DNA from: an uncultured Alphaproteobacteria bacterium
GTDB lineage: Bacteria > Pseudomonadota > Alphaproteobacteria > HIMB59 > GCA-002718135
Length of the DNA stretch: 64,000 nt
NCBI GenBank assembly: GCA_902582755.1
Contig: CACHSZ010000002.1
Coordinates: 157,539 to 221,538, forward strand
Direction of reading: 5' to 3'
The notes under the pieces were generated by a model. That model made no database searches. It was not told the DNA's origin and saw nothing but the letters and a program-made list of their open reading frames with translations. Both the position numbers and the translations under genes were made by a program. Positions 29,701-40,351 of this stretch are shown here, piece by piece (position 1 is the first letter of the stretch; each line of letters begins with the position of its first letter).

Positions 29701-30218
29701 TTGTCCTCAGTTGTAATTTTATTACCTAAATTTAATAGTGATTTTTTCAAATCTGAATTTTGAAATTTTTTAACGTTTTCTTCAACAAATTTTATGTCAT
29801 TTTTGTTTATTTGTTTTCTTTTACTTTGTTTCATCTGCGTATATTTAGGTATGTAATTTTGATGAATTCTCAAGTCCATTATAGCTTTATAGCCAAAATA
29901 AGTATTAATTTTTTCAATTATAGTGTCCTTAAAGTGTTGAAATTCAATAGCTGCGGCTGGTGCAACACTCACATTTAGATAATTTTTATATACTGTCTCA
30001 CCTAAATCATTTTCAAAATCACGCACCCTTGAAACATTTAACGGCTCTGAATATTCTTTAAAATAACTACCAGCAATTTCAGGCCATTTGGAGTTAATTA
30101 CAAATTCTGTACGATTATATTTAGAAGAAAATTTTCTATTAACCTTCCTCAGAGTATGGCCAATAGATTGTGGAACAAATGTTCTTTTTTGTTTTAAATT
30201 TTTTTTGTCCATATTCAT
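29697..30218 (-). CDS. dciA: DUF721/DciA-family protein
   Basis: W.EIAG, P and A.EFQH...II.KIN.YFG motifs; between dsbA and mutY; start moved to avoid overlap with mutY. Confidence 0.75.
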   Translation of the reverse strand: MNMDKKNLKQKRTFVPQSIGHTLRKVNRKFSSKYNRTEFVINSKWPEIAGSYFKEYSEPLNVSRVRDFENDLGETVYKNYLNVSVAPAAAIEFQHFKDTIIEKINTYFGYKAIMDLRIHQNYIPKYTQMKQSKRKQINKNDIKFVEENVKKFQNSDLKKSLLNLGNKITTEDK

Positions 30219-30251
30219 AAATAATTTATAGTACCTAAATATGAAAGCAAT

Positions 30252-31301
30252 ATGTTTAAACACGAAACACAAGTAATAAAGTTTTTACTTCAATGGTATT
30301 CTATGAATGCTAGAAAATTACCATGGCGGAAGAAAAATAATCTAAATTTACCTCATCCATACTTTGTATTTGTAAGTGAGTATATGCTTCAACAAACAAC
30401 AGTAAATACCGTAAAAAATAAATTTAATGATTTTATTTTAAAATGGCCTTCACTAAATAAATTAGCACAAACTTCAGAGCCAAATATTTTAAAGTTCTGG
30501 TCAGGCCTTGGATATTATTCAAGAGCTAGAAATTTATTAAAGTCTGCAAAAATAATTCACAAAAATTTTAAAAATAACATACCACAAACTTATGATGAAC
30601 TCATCCAACTTCCTGGTATTGGAGATTACACAGCAAAAGCAATTCTTGGAATAGGATTCAATCAATCAGTTATGCCACTTGATGCTAATATTGAGAGAAT
30701 TTTGGTTAGGTTATATGCTATCGATAAACCAATTAATAAAGTCAAAAATAAACTTAAAGATTTGGGAAAAAAATTCATCTCAGATGAAAACTCTTCAAAT
30801 CTAATTCAGTCTTTTATGGATTATGGATCAGAGATCTGTCTTCCACGAAACCCTAAATGTAATATTTGTGGAATTAATAAATTTTGCCAATCATATAAAA
30901 AAAATTTACAGCAAAAAATTCCTTTAAAACTAAAAAAGAAAAGTAATAAGCCCATAAAGTATACAAGAGCTTATGTAATTGTGAATGAAAAAAATGAAAT
31001 CCTTGTACGAAGTAGACCAAATAAAGGAATGTTGGCCTCCATGCTTGAAGTACCAAATGACGTCTGGGTTAAAAACAAGAAATTATTAACTACTGATCAA
31101 GATATACAAAAAATTAAAACAAAATTACAATCTAAAGGTTCACTTGAATATTCATTTAGTCATTTTGATTTAGAAACAGAAATTTTTTATGGAAATGTTA
31201 AAAAAGCAAAATTATCAAAAAGTAATTGGATAAAGAAATCATCTTATTCTAGTTCTAGAATGCCAACTGTTATGAAAAAAATAGTAGATATAGCAGTATA
31301 A
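30252..31301 (+). CDS. mutY: A/G-specific adenine glycosylase
   Basis: SEYMLQQT, WSGLGYYSRARN, HhH LPGIGDYT, [4Fe-4S] motif C-x6-C-x2-C-x5-C, FSHF. Confidence 0.95.
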   Translation: MFKHETQVIKFLLQWYSMNARKLPWRKKNNLNLPHPYFVFVSEYMLQQTTVNTVKNKFNDFILKWPSLNKLAQTSEPNILKFWSGLGYYSRARNLLKSAKIIHKNFKNNIPQTYDELIQLPGIGDYTAKAILGIGFNQSVMPLDANIERILVRLYAIDKPINKVKNKLKDLGKKFISDENSSNLIQSFMDYGSEICLPRNPKCNICGINKFCQSYKKNLQQKIPLKLKKKSNKPIKYTRAYVIVNEKNEILVRSRPNKGMLASMLEVPNDVWVKNKKLLTTDQDIQKIKTKLQSKGSLEYSFSHFDLETEIFYGNVKKAKLSKSNWIKKSSYSSSRMPTVMKKIVDIAV

Positions 31302-31302
31302 T

Positions 31303-32067
31303 TTATGCAAAGAATTTTTTTGCGTTCATAAAAATTTTATACCCATCACCGAATTTTTTAGAAGTATTGTTTTGCCAATTAGGAACATGATAATGATAAA
31401 ATGCTCTTTCTGGGTGAGGCATCATTGCAAGAATATTCCCATTTTGATTTGTTAATGCAGCTATATCATCTTTAGATCCATTAGGGTTAAAGGGAAACTG
31501 ACCTTTTGCTAATTTTTTATGGTTATTAATGTATTGTAAGCCAATAAGGTTATTAGCTTTGATACTTTTAAGTAGATTAATAGGTATCATAAATTGCCCC
31601 TCTTGATGGGCGACAGGCAAGTTCAAGATACTAATATTTTTTAGCCATGGTGATTTATTATTATTTACTTTTACATCAACCCATCGACACTCATAGCTCC
31701 CAGATTTATTTTCAATCATTGCAACTTCTGGATCTTTTTTATTTAGGCTTGGAACTAACCCAAGATTAATTAATATCTGGCATCCATTACAAATGCCTAT
31801 AATTAATTTATCTTTTAATGAAAAATCTATTAGCTGATCATACAAATTGGTCAGAATTTTTTTCGCCATTGCATTTCCTGAACCTGTATCATCGCCATAC
31901 GAAAAACCACCAGGTATAGCGAATACTTGATAGTTATTAAGTTGTTTAGCATTTTGTATTAGATCATTAATATGAACAATTTTTCCTTTAAAGCCTACTA
32001 CTTCAAATGCATGTAGTGTTTCATTTTCACAATTAATACCATAACCTGATAAGACTAATACGTTCAT
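31303..32067 (-). CDS. purQ: FGAM synthase glutaminase subunit (long PurQ)
   Basis: GINCE.ET, PGGFSYGD, GICNGCQ, NPNGS and MMPHPER motifs. Confidence 0.93.
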   Translation of the reverse strand: MNVLVLSGYGINCENETLHAFEVVGFKGKIVHINDLIQNAKQLNNYQVFAIPGGFSYGDDTGSGNAMAKKILTNLYDQLIDFSLKDKLIIGICNGCQILINLGLVPSLNKKDPEVAMIENKSGSYECRWVDVKVNNNKSPWLKNISILNLPVAHQEGQFMIPINLLKSIKANNLIGLQYINNHKKLAKGQFPFNPNGSKDDIAALTNQNGNILAMMPHPERAFYHYHVPNWQNNTSKKFGDGYKIFMNAKKFFA

Positions 32068-34991
32068 AACCCTTTAATATTTTGTTTGTATGACTTAGCA
32101 AAATCTGAAATTTTACCTCTAATAATTTTTTTGTTATCTTTAAACTCAATTACATCTGAGCCCGTACATTTGCCAATAATTGTATAATCAGAACCTTTAA
32201 ATATTTTTTTAAAATTGGCTAACTTATTTTTTTTCATGGAAACAAGAATTCTACTTTGTGTTTCAGAGAATAAAAATTGGTCAACTGAGATTTTATTTTT
32301 TAGTTTTAAATCAATGGTTAAACCTTTCTTTGAAGCAATTGCCATCTTTATAACTGCAATTCCAATTCCACCCAAATCTATTCCAATTGCAGAATTTATA
32401 ATTCCTAGTTTATTAGCTTTTTCAAAATTTCTATATGTGCGAAGTGCATCCTTGCTATTTACAACTGGATTTTTTGATTTTTCATAACCTATAATTTTGA
32501 AATAAACACTATCCTGTAATTCATTACGGGTATTTCCTAAAACTAAAAGTATATCACCATCATCGGGTGTCATTTTTGTTAAGTGTGAAATTTTATCTAC
32601 CACTCCAATAGAAGAAATCAGCAATGTTGGAGGTATTGAAATTTTTACTGATTTTCCAGTTTTATCAAAACCTTTAAAATCATTAAACATACTATCTTTT
32701 CCTGAAATAAAAGGTGTTTGGTAAGCAACTGCATAATCATAACAAGCTTTTGCTGCTTCTTTCAATTGATATAAGCGATCAGGTTCATCCGAGCTGCACC
32801 AACAAAAGTTATCAAGAATTGCAATTTTTTTTGAGTTGGCACCACTTACAATTAAATTTTTATATGCTGTATCAATAGAGCACCCGGCCATATCATAAGG
32901 ATTTGTTTCGGCGTACTGAGGATATGCAGCTTGAGAAAGAGCTATTGATTTTTCATCATCAAATAGAGGTTTAATAGCAGTAGCATTTCCAAAAACTCTG
33001 CCTTCGCCTTGTAATGGTTTTATAATAGAGGTAGCTTGTACTTCGTGATCATATTGCGTGGCTATAAATTCTTTTGATACAATATTTGGACTAGAGAGAA
33101 GTTTATGTAGCTTATCTATCAAAGAACTGTTCTTAATTATTTTTTTCTTTTCTTTTTTAATTTTTGGAAAAGATGTTTTTAAATTTAATTTTGGATAACC
33201 TTCATGAAGAAATTCCATATTTAAATTGAGAATTTCAGTTTTATTGTATTTTACTATGGCTTTTTCTTTTTTAATAAACTTACCAATTATTGTTGCTTCC
33301 ACACCTCTTGCATTAAATCTCTTTATAACTTTTTTTACGTTCGCTGGAGGTACTGCTAGTGTCATTCTTTCTTGCGATTCAGAAACCCAAATCTCCCAAG
33401 GATATAATCCATTATATTTGAGAGGAACTTTTTCAAGATTAACTATAAAACCGCCACTCTCTTTTGCCATTTCTCCAATTGATGATGATAATCCTCCAGC
33501 TCCATTATCTGTTATGCTCGAGTAAAGATTTTCATCACGCAATTCTCTAATGATGACATCAGACATTTTCTTTTGTGTTATTGGATCACCAATTTGTACT
33601 GCAGAAACTGGACTATTAGGATCTAATTCCTCTGAAGAAAATGTTGCACCGTGAATACCATCTTTTCCTACTCTGCCTCCAGCCATTAGTATGATATCCC
33701 CTGGATTAGCTTTCTTCTTATGTGATAATTTTCCTTTAATTTTTTTAGGAATAATCCCAACTGTTCCACAAAATACAAGGGGCTTTCCTGCAAACCGGTC
33801 ATCAAAATATACATTACCTTGAGGAGTAGGAATACCCGAACAATTTCCCCCAACTCTAACACCACTTATAATACCCTTCGCAATAAAATTTGCTGGAAGC
33901 ATTGGATCCTTATTTTTTTGACGATACAATTGATATTTCTTACTCGGGTTTGCTAAATAATATGCATACGTATTCGCTATAGGTTTTGCTCCTTTCCCAA
34001 ATCCAAGACAATCCCTATTAACACCAACAATTCCAGTGATTGCACCACCAAATGGATCTAAGGCTGAAGGTGTATTATGTGTTTCAACTTTATGACAAAT
34101 AATCCAATCTTTATTAAATTCTATCCCACCGGCATTATCCGTAAAAAGAGAAACACAAAAATTATCTTTTCTTAATTGAATAATTTTTTCAGTAGCGCCT
34201 TTTATATATTTTTTAAATATACCTTCTTGAATATCATCAATTTTAGCTGAAAATATTTTGTGTTTACAGTGCTCGGACCACGTCTGAGCTAATGTTTCAA
34301 TTTCTACATCTGTTGGTTTACGTTTTATAGTGGAAAAATAATTTCTTATGGTTTTTAAAGATTCTAGATCTAAGCCAAGTGTTCCTCTTCTAGATTTATC
34401 ATTTTCTTCAATACCAAGTTTACCAATGAGGCTGAGATGATAATCAGAAATATCTAAATTAACTTCTTTTTTACTATATTTTTTTTTCGGTAATTTTACC
34501 TTTTCTATTTTGAACTGATTTTTTTTAAAATTATTTAAATATTTTTTAAATGGATAAATCTTAATTGTTTGAATTAAGGGATTTGCTTCATTTTTAGATA
34601 TTTTGGTAATATCTTCTTTTCTTCCTTTTATTAAAATAATTTTTGTTGAACCAAGTTCAAAGCTTTTAAAACTACTTTTTAGATTATCTTTGATTATTTC
34701 TTTTACAGTTGTAGCTATATTATCCGTTACACCAGGTAAAAATTTTATTTCTACAACCCAGTTGAAATTACAATAACTAGATAAAACCTTATTTACATTT
34801 TTTTTAGTTAATATTGTTTGAGAAACGTCATTAGAAATAAGTTTACTTATTTTAGTAAACTTTTGATCATCAAGATTTCTCGAAAAGAAATATCCATCTA
34901 TAATTTTGATGGATTTATTATTATGTTCTTTTTGTAGTGAACTTTCTTTCCCTGTCTTCTCAATGGAGAGAATTTGAATTGTATTTGTCAT
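32064..34991 (-). CDS. purL: FGAM synthase synthetase subunit, about 975-aa type
   Basis: QTWSEHCKHK, KVETHN.PSA, DGIHGATFSS, DNGAGG, SESQERM, QYDHEVQ and ISGKDSM motifs. Confidence 0.93.
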   Translation of the reverse strand: MTNTIQILSIEKTGKESSLQKEHNNKSIKIIDGYFFSRNLDDQKFTKISKLISNDVSQTILTKKNVNKVLSSYCNFNWVVEIKFLPGVTDNIATTVKEIIKDNLKSSFKSFELGSTKIILIKGRKEDITKISKNEANPLIQTIKIYPFKKYLNNFKKNQFKIEKVKLPKKKYSKKEVNLDISDYHLSLIGKLGIEENDKSRRGTLGLDLESLKTIRNYFSTIKRKPTDVEIETLAQTWSEHCKHKIFSAKIDDIQEGIFKKYIKGATEKIIQLRKDNFCVSLFTDNAGGIEFNKDWIICHKVETHNTPSALDPFGGAITGIVGVNRDCLGFGKGAKPIANTYAYYLANPSKKYQLYRQKNKDPMLPANFIAKGIISGVRVGGNCSGIPTPQGNVYFDDRFAGKPLVFCGTVGIIPKKIKGKLSHKKKANPGDIILMAGGRVGKDGIHGATFSSEELDPNSPVSAVQIGDPITQKKMSDVIIRELRDENLYSSITDNGAGGLSSSIGEMAKESGGFIVNLEKVPLKYNGLYPWEIWVSESQERMTLAVPPANVKKVIKRFNARGVEATIIGKFIKKEKAIVKYNKTEILNLNMEFLHEGYPKLNLKTSFPKIKKEKKKIIKNSSLIDKLHKLLSSPNIVSKEFIATQYDHEVQATSIIKPLQGEGRVFGNATAIKPLFDDEKSIALSQAAYPQYAETNPYDMAGCSIDTAYKNLIVSGANSKKIAILDNFCWCSSDEPDRLYQLKEAAKACYDYAVAYQTPFISGKDSMFNDFKGFDKTGKSVKISIPPTLLISSIGVVDKISHLTKMTPDDGDILLVLGNTRNELQDSVYFKIIGYEKSKNPVVNSKDALRTYRNFEKANKLGIINSAIGIDLGGIGIAVIKMAIASKKGLTIDLKLKNKISVDQFLFSETQSRILVSMKKNKLANFKKIFKGSDYTIIGKCTGSDVIEFKDNKKIIRGKISDFAKSYKQNIKGL

Positions 34992-34998
34992 TATGAGT

Positions 34999-35048
34999 AC
35001 GAATCAACTTAATTTACTATATTAATAGTTTACTCGTTAACGATTCGT
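34999..35048. promoter_or_regulatory. Divergent purL/purM promoter region with two inverted GANTC (YGATTCG) sites
   Basis: ACGAATC at 34999-35005 and GATTCGT at 35042-35048, one oriented toward each gene. Confidence 0.45.
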
Positions 35049-35064
35049 TTAAAACTAATTAAAT

Positions 35065-36099
35065 ATGACAACATATAAAGAAGCAGGTGTTGATATAGAA
35101 AATACAGATGCCCTTGTTAAAGATATTTCTGAGCTAAGCAAATCTACAAACAGAAACGGAAATTTTGATAAAATTGGGGGATTTGGTGGGATTTTTGATC
35201 TTAAAAATTGTGGATATGAAGACCCTTTATTGGTGTCTGGAACAGATGGCATAGGAACAAAAATATTACTAGGGATTGAAACTGACATTTTAGATGGTTT
35301 GGGTCACGATCTCGTTGGTATGTGCCTTAATGATATTCTTTGCCACGGTGCAGAGCCATTATTTTTTTTAGATTACTATGCTTCTTCCAAGATTGATAAA
35401 AATTCTTTTTTAAAAATTATGAAAAGCATCACTGAAGCTTGCAAGATAAATAATTGCTCCCTTATTGGTGGTGAAACAGCAGAGATGCCTGGACTCTATA
35501 AAAAAGATGATTTTGATTTTGCTGGATTTTGTGTTGGTGCTGTAGAGAGAAAAAAAATTCTACCTAAAAGAAACATCATGAAAGAAGATGATCTTCTATA
35601 TGGGATTAGATCTTCGGGCTTTCATTCAAATGGATATTCTCTCATTCGAAAAGTTTTAAAAGATAAAAATATAGATCTACATAAAGAAACAGAATTTAAA
35701 TCATCTTATGAAACAAATGCAGCAGCCTTAATGGCTCCAACAAAATTATATTTTCCTTTTTTAAAAAAAATTTTAACAACAAATCTTATCAACGGTATCT
35801 CGCATATAACAGGGGGAGGTATTATTGGTAATGCACCAAGAATGCTCTCTGAAAATTTATCAGCAAGGATTGATAAAAAATTTATTTGTGATGAAGAAAT
35901 TTTCCAATGGTTTCAAAGTTTAGCTAACATTTCAGATGAAGAAATGTTGAAGACCTTTAATTGTGGATTAGGTTTGATAATGACTATTTCAAAAAATAAT
36001 TACAAAGAATTTGAGCAATTAATAAAAGATGAAAATTTAGATATTTTTGAAATTGGGAAAATAGAAGTTAACAAATCATCAAGGTGCACAATTAGTTGA
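35065..36099 (+). CDS. purM: AIR synthetase
   Basis: YKEAGVD, TDGIGTK, GGETAEMPG, HSNGYSL, HITGGG and TFNCG motifs. Confidence 0.96.
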   Translation: MTTYKEAGVDIENTDALVKDISELSKSTNRNGNFDKIGGFGGIFDLKNCGYEDPLLVSGTDGIGTKILLGIETDILDGLGHDLVGMCLNDILCHGAEPLFFLDYYASSKIDKNSFLKIMKSITEACKINNCSLIGGETAEMPGLYKKDDFDFAGFCVGAVERKKILPKRNIMKEDDLLYGIRSSGFHSNGYSLIRKVLKDKNIDLHKETEFKSSYETNAAALMAPTKLYFPFLKKILTTNLINGISHITGGGIIGNAPRMLSENLSARIDKKFICDEEIFQWFQSLANISDEEMLKTFNCGLGLIMTISKNNYKEFEQLIKDENLDIFEIGKIEVNKSSRCTIS

Positions 36100-36665
36100 A
36101 AAAATTACAAGTTGCTATTTTCATATCGGGTAGAGGTTCAAATTTAGAATCACTAATACAATCATCATTTAAAAAACAAAGTTTAGTAGAGGTTCAATTA
36201 GTTGTATCTAATAACTCCAAAGCAAAAGGTTTAACTATTGCCAAAAAAAATAAAATTCCATTCATACATTTTATTCCAAGAAAAAATTTTGAAAACAATG
36301 TCATAAAGTATCTAAATAATATAGATATCATTTGTTTAGCTGGTTTTATGCAAGTCTTAGACTCAAAATTTGTAAGGCAGTGGCGATCGCGATTAATCAA
36401 TATTCATCCATCTTATCTTCCTGCTTTCAAAGGCTTAAATGCTCAGGATCAGGCCATAAAGGCGAAAGCGAGGTATTCTGGTTGTAGTGTTCATTACGTA
36501 AACGCTAAAATTGACTCTGGAAAGATTATATTGCAAAAAAAAGTAAAGATTTTGAAGAAAGATAATACCGAATCACTCTCAAAGAAAATATTGATAGAAG
36601 AGCATAAGGTTTATCCTCGAGCATTACAAATGGTTGCAAAAACACTTTTAACAAGACAAAAGTAA
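36096..36665 (+). CDS. purN: GAR transformylase
   Basis: SGRGSN, LAGFM, NIHPS.LP and D.G motifs. Confidence 0.95.
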   Translation: MKKLQVAIFISGRGSNLESLIQSSFKKQSLVEVQLVVSNNSKAKGLTIAKKNKIPFIHFIPRKNFENNVIKYLNNIDIICLAGFMQVLDSKFVRQWRSRLINIHPSYLPAFKGLNAQDQAIKAKARYSGCSVHYVNAKIDSGKIILQKKVKILKKDNTESLSKKILIEEHKVYPRALQMVAKTLLTRQK

Positions 36666-36666
36666 G

Positions 36667-38154
36667 ATGAAAAATCGACTAAAATTCTTAAAAAAATTTG
36701 AAGTAACGCAATCTCATTTTCCCAGATTTAATGAGGAGTGTGGTGTTTTTGGAATAAGTGGAACCAAAGATGCTGCTGCTTTAACAGCTCTTGGTTTGCA
36801 TGCGTTGCAACATCGTGGTCAAGAAGGTTGTGGAATTGTCAGTTATGATGGCAACTCCTATCACTCAGAAAGAAAATTTGGATTGGTTGGCGATAATTTT
36901 ACGAAGAAACACTCATTAGATAAGTTAAAGGGAAAAATAGCGATAGGACACAATCGTTATTCAACAACGGGTGGTGAAACAATAAGGAATATACAACCTT
37001 TTTATGCTGACCTTCATGGTGGAGCTATTAGTATTGCTCATAATGGTAATCTAACCAATGCACTCCTTCTAAGAGAGCAAATGGTACGTGAAGGTGCAAT
37101 ATTTCAAACAACATCTGATACTGAAACTATTGTTCAACTTGTAGCTCGTTCAAAAAAGAAAGATATTTTAAATAAAATTATTGATGCTTTAATGCAAATT
37201 CAAGGTGGTTATGCTTTATCAATTATTGCTAATGGTACATTGATTGGCGCAAGAGATCCATTAGGTATTCGTCCACTTGTTTTAGGTAAATTTAAAAATG
37301 CATTTATCCTTGCCTCTGAAACTTGCGCTTTAGATATTATAGGTGCAAAATTTATCCGCGAAATTGAAAATGGTGAAGTTGTAGTTATTAAAGATAATAA
37401 AGTTGAAAGTCGAAGACCATTTCCAAAAAAACAAATTAAACCATGTGTTTTTGAATATATTTATTTTTCACGACCAGATAGTATTTTAAAAAACAAAACT
37501 GCCTATGAATATAGAAAAAATTTAGGCACATACTTAGCAAAAGAAACCGATATAAAACCCGATGTAGTCGTGCCAGTTCCAGACTCTGGTGTTCCCGCCG
37601 CGCTTGGTTTTAGTCAAGAGTCCGGTATTCCTTTTGAATTAGGATTAATACGAAATCATTATGTGGGTAGAACATTTATTGAGCCAACTCAGCAAATTAG
37701 AAGTTTAGGCGTAAAGTTAAAATTAAATCCTAACCAAAGTTCTATTAAAAAAAAGAAAGTTGTTTTAATTGACGATTCATTAGTTCGAGGAACAACATCC
37801 ACTAAGATAATAAAAATGCTTTATGATTTTGGGGCAAAAGAAGTCCATATGCGCATTGCTTCACCTGCAATTAAATATCCAGATTTTTACGGAGTTGATA
37901 CTCCGACCCAAGAAGAATTATTGGCTGCAAACAAAAATTTAGAGGAAATGCGCAAATATATTGGAGCTAAATCGTTAAAATTTTTATCATTAGATGGTCT
38001 GTATCAAGCTCTTGGTTACGATGAGAGAGATAATGATAATCCTCAATTTACCGATCATTATTTTACGGGAGAGTATCCAGTCAGACCTTTAGATTACTTG
38101 AATGACGAAAGCTTAAAAAAACTATCATTTTTAAGTCTTGCTTCAAATAATTAA
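36667..38154 (+). CDS. purF: Amidophosphoribosyltransferase
   Basis: EECGVFG, LQHRGQE, GHNRYST, PVPDSG and IDDSLVRGTT motifs. Confidence 0.97.
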   Translation: MKNRLKFLKKFEVTQSHFPRFNEECGVFGISGTKDAAALTALGLHALQHRGQEGCGIVSYDGNSYHSERKFGLVGDNFTKKHSLDKLKGKIAIGHNRYSTTGGETIRNIQPFYADLHGGAISIAHNGNLTNALLLREQMVREGAIFQTTSDTETIVQLVARSKKKDILNKIIDALMQIQGGYALSIIANGTLIGARDPLGIRPLVLGKFKNAFILASETCALDIIGAKFIREIENGEVVVIKDNKVESRRPFPKKQIKPCVFEYIYFSRPDSILKNKTAYEYRKNLGTYLAKETDIKPDVVVPVPDSGVPAALGFSQESGIPFELGLIRNHYVGRTFIEPTQQIRSLGVKLKLNPNQSSIKKKKVVLIDDSLVRGTTSTKIIKMLYDFGAKEVHMRIASPAIKYPDFYGVDTPTQEELLAANKNLEEMRKYIGAKSLKFLSLDGLYQALGYDERDNDNPQFTDHYFTGEYPVRPLDYLNDESLKKLSFLSLASNN

Positions 38155-38174
38155 TTAATGAATTATCTTTTTTC

Positions 38175-39452
38175 ATGAACGTTCTTGTCATTGGTAATGG
38201 TGGAAGAGAGCACGCATTATGTTATGGTATAAAACAATCTCCTAATTGTTCAAATTTATATTGTATTCCTGGAAGTGATAGTATCAGTGAAATTGCATCA
38301 TCGGTTGTCATAGATGTTAATGATCATGATGCTATTCTTCAATTTTGTCTAGAAACTAAAATTGATCTCGTGGTGATTGGTCCAGAACTACCATTAACTA
38401 AAGGATTATCAAATGTCTTAATGAGTAATTCTATATTAGTTTTTGGTCCTGATCAAATGGGAGCTGAGCTAGAAAAATCAAAAAAGTTTACAAAAGATAT
38501 TTGTAAAAAATTAAATATTGCAACAGCTGCCTATGACGTATTTGACAACTATGATGACGCCTTCATTTTTTGTCAAAACCAATCCTATCCTCTTGTTATT
38601 AAAGCTGATGGTTTAGCAGCAGGAAAAGGAGTTATTATTTGTCAAACAATTGAAGATGCAAAAGATGCACTGATCAAATGTTTTAAAGATAATTCTTTTG
38701 GTGATGCTGGTTCTGTTGTTGTTATTGAAGAATTTTTAGTTGGTGAAGAGGTAAGTCTATTTTCACTTGTTGATAAAAATGGATTTGTGTTACCTCTTAC
38801 AACAGCACAAGATCATAAAAAAATCTTGGAAGGAGAAAAAGGGTTAAACACTGGTGGTATGGGTGCCTACACACCTGTTCCTTCTATTTCATCAAATAAA
38901 ATGAATGAATTATCCAAAACATTTGTTGAGCCTATTGTTCAACATCTTGCTGAACAAGGCATCAACTATCAAGGAATGTTTTATGCAGGATTAATTCTAA
39001 CAGATAAGGGTCCAAATTTACTCGAAATTAATGTTCGTTTCGGCGATCCGGAAACACAAGCAATTATTCCACTATTAGAAACAGATTTATTAGAACTCCT
39101 TCATGCATCAGCGATAGGTACCTTAAATGAAATAAAAAAAATTAAGTGGAAAAATGATTATGCCATGACAGTAGTAATGGCTGCTCATGGTTATCCTGAG
39201 GATTATAAAAAATTCACATCAATTAATAATTTAGAAAATCTTACTTTATCAACGGATGACTATCTATTCCATGCAGGAACAATGCTTAAAGAAAACAAAT
39301 GGCTCTCTAATGGTGGGCGCGTTTTAAATATCTCTAGTACGGGCAAGGATTTAAAAACTATTAGAGAAACTATTCACAATATAATTAATCAAATTAATTG
39401 GGATGAGGGATATTATCGAAAAGATATTGGTTGGAGATATATTGATGAGTAA
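38175..39452 (+). CDS. purD: Phosphoribosylamine-glycine ligase
   Basis: GGREHAL, KADGLAAGKGV, QDHK, NTGGMGAY and RFGDPE motifs. Confidence 0.97.
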   Translation: MNVLVIGNGGREHALCYGIKQSPNCSNLYCIPGSDSISEIASSVVIDVNDHDAILQFCLETKIDLVVIGPELPLTKGLSNVLMSNSILVFGPDQMGAELEKSKKFTKDICKKLNIATAAYDVFDNYDDAFIFCQNQSYPLVIKADGLAAGKGVIICQTIEDAKDALIKCFKDNSFGDAGSVVVIEEFLVGEEVSLFSLVDKNGFVLPLTTAQDHKKILEGEKGLNTGGMGAYTPVPSISSNKMNELSKTFVEPIVQHLAEQGINYQGMFYAGLILTDKGPNLLEINVRFGDPETQAIIPLLETDLLELLHASAIGTLNEIKKIKWKNDYAMTVVMAAHGYPEDYKKFTSINNLENLTLSTDDYLFHAGTMLKENKWLSNGGRVLNISSTGKDLKTIRETIHNIINQINWDEGYYRKDIGWRYIDE

Positions 39453-40341
39453 TTCTTTTTTAGTTGAAGGAAAAACAAAAATTATTGAGAAAACAAATGA
39501 TCAAAATATCATTCGAATTGTAACAAAAGATTTTTTAACAGGTGGTGATGCAGCGAAGAAAGAGGAAATTAAAGATATTGGAATTCAAAAGACAAAACAA
39601 ACAAGTAATGTTTTTAGCATGCTAAGCAAGGCAGGTATTGCAACATCATTTATTGAGCAAGATTCGCCAAATAGTCTTTTAAGTCATAACTGTAATATGC
39701 TTCCTTTGGAATTTGTAGTTAGACGTTATGCTTGGGGAAGTTATTTAAGTAGAAACACTCAATTTGAAAAAGATAAAAGTAATCCTCATCAATTTGAAAA
39801 CTTAGTTTGGGAAATATTTCATAAACAAGCCGTTGTTATCCCTCCGCATGTTTCAGAACCTGTGCAAATGGATGAGAGTGAAGCGAGAAGACAATTTTTG
39901 AAAGATGGAAAATGGGAAGAGGGTGTATTTACGGATCCATTTGTAAAAACTGGAGAAGAATGGGAGTTATTTTCAGCCAAACAACCTGTTACAAGCAAAA
40001 GCTTGATGAAAACCAAAAAATTATTGTCTAATCAAGAATTAGAAATAGCTATTAATGGAATTATTCTTCCAAGTTTCGAGCTTATAGAAGACAAATGGAA
40101 AACTATTGAGACAATTGATGGTCCTATACATTTAGTCGATATTAAGTTTGAGCTTGGTTTTAGATTATCAGATAATTCGTTAGTTTTATCTGATGTCGTT
40201 GATAATGATAGTTGGCGAATATGGCCTGGCGGAGATCCCACTAAACAATTAGATAAACAATCTTTTCGTGAAGGAGAAGATTTAATAAATGTTGCCAATA
40301 AATATCAACTGGTAACACAACTAACTGATCAATTTAATTAA
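39445..40341 (+). CDS. purC: SAICAR synthetase (PAICS-like subtype with insertion)
   Basis: EGKTK, PLEFVVRR.A.GSYL, DIKFELG and DVVDNDSWRIWPGGD..LDKQ motifs; start at MSNS with GGAG RBS. Confidence 0.88.
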   Translation: MSNSFLVEGKTKIIEKTNDQNIIRIVTKDFLTGGDAAKKEEIKDIGIQKTKQTSNVFSMLSKAGIATSFIEQDSPNSLLSHNCNMLPLEFVVRRYAWGSYLSRNTQFEKDKSNPHQFENLVWEIFHKQAVVIPPHVSEPVQMDESEARRQFLKDGKWEEGVFTDPFVKTGEEWELFSAKQPVTSKSLMKTKKLLSNQELEIAINGIILPSFELIEDKWKTIETIDGPIHLVDIKFELGFRLSDNSLVLSDVVDNDSWRIWPGGDPTKQLDKQSFREGEDLINVANKYQLVTQLTDQFN

Positions 40342-40351
40342 AATTAATAAT

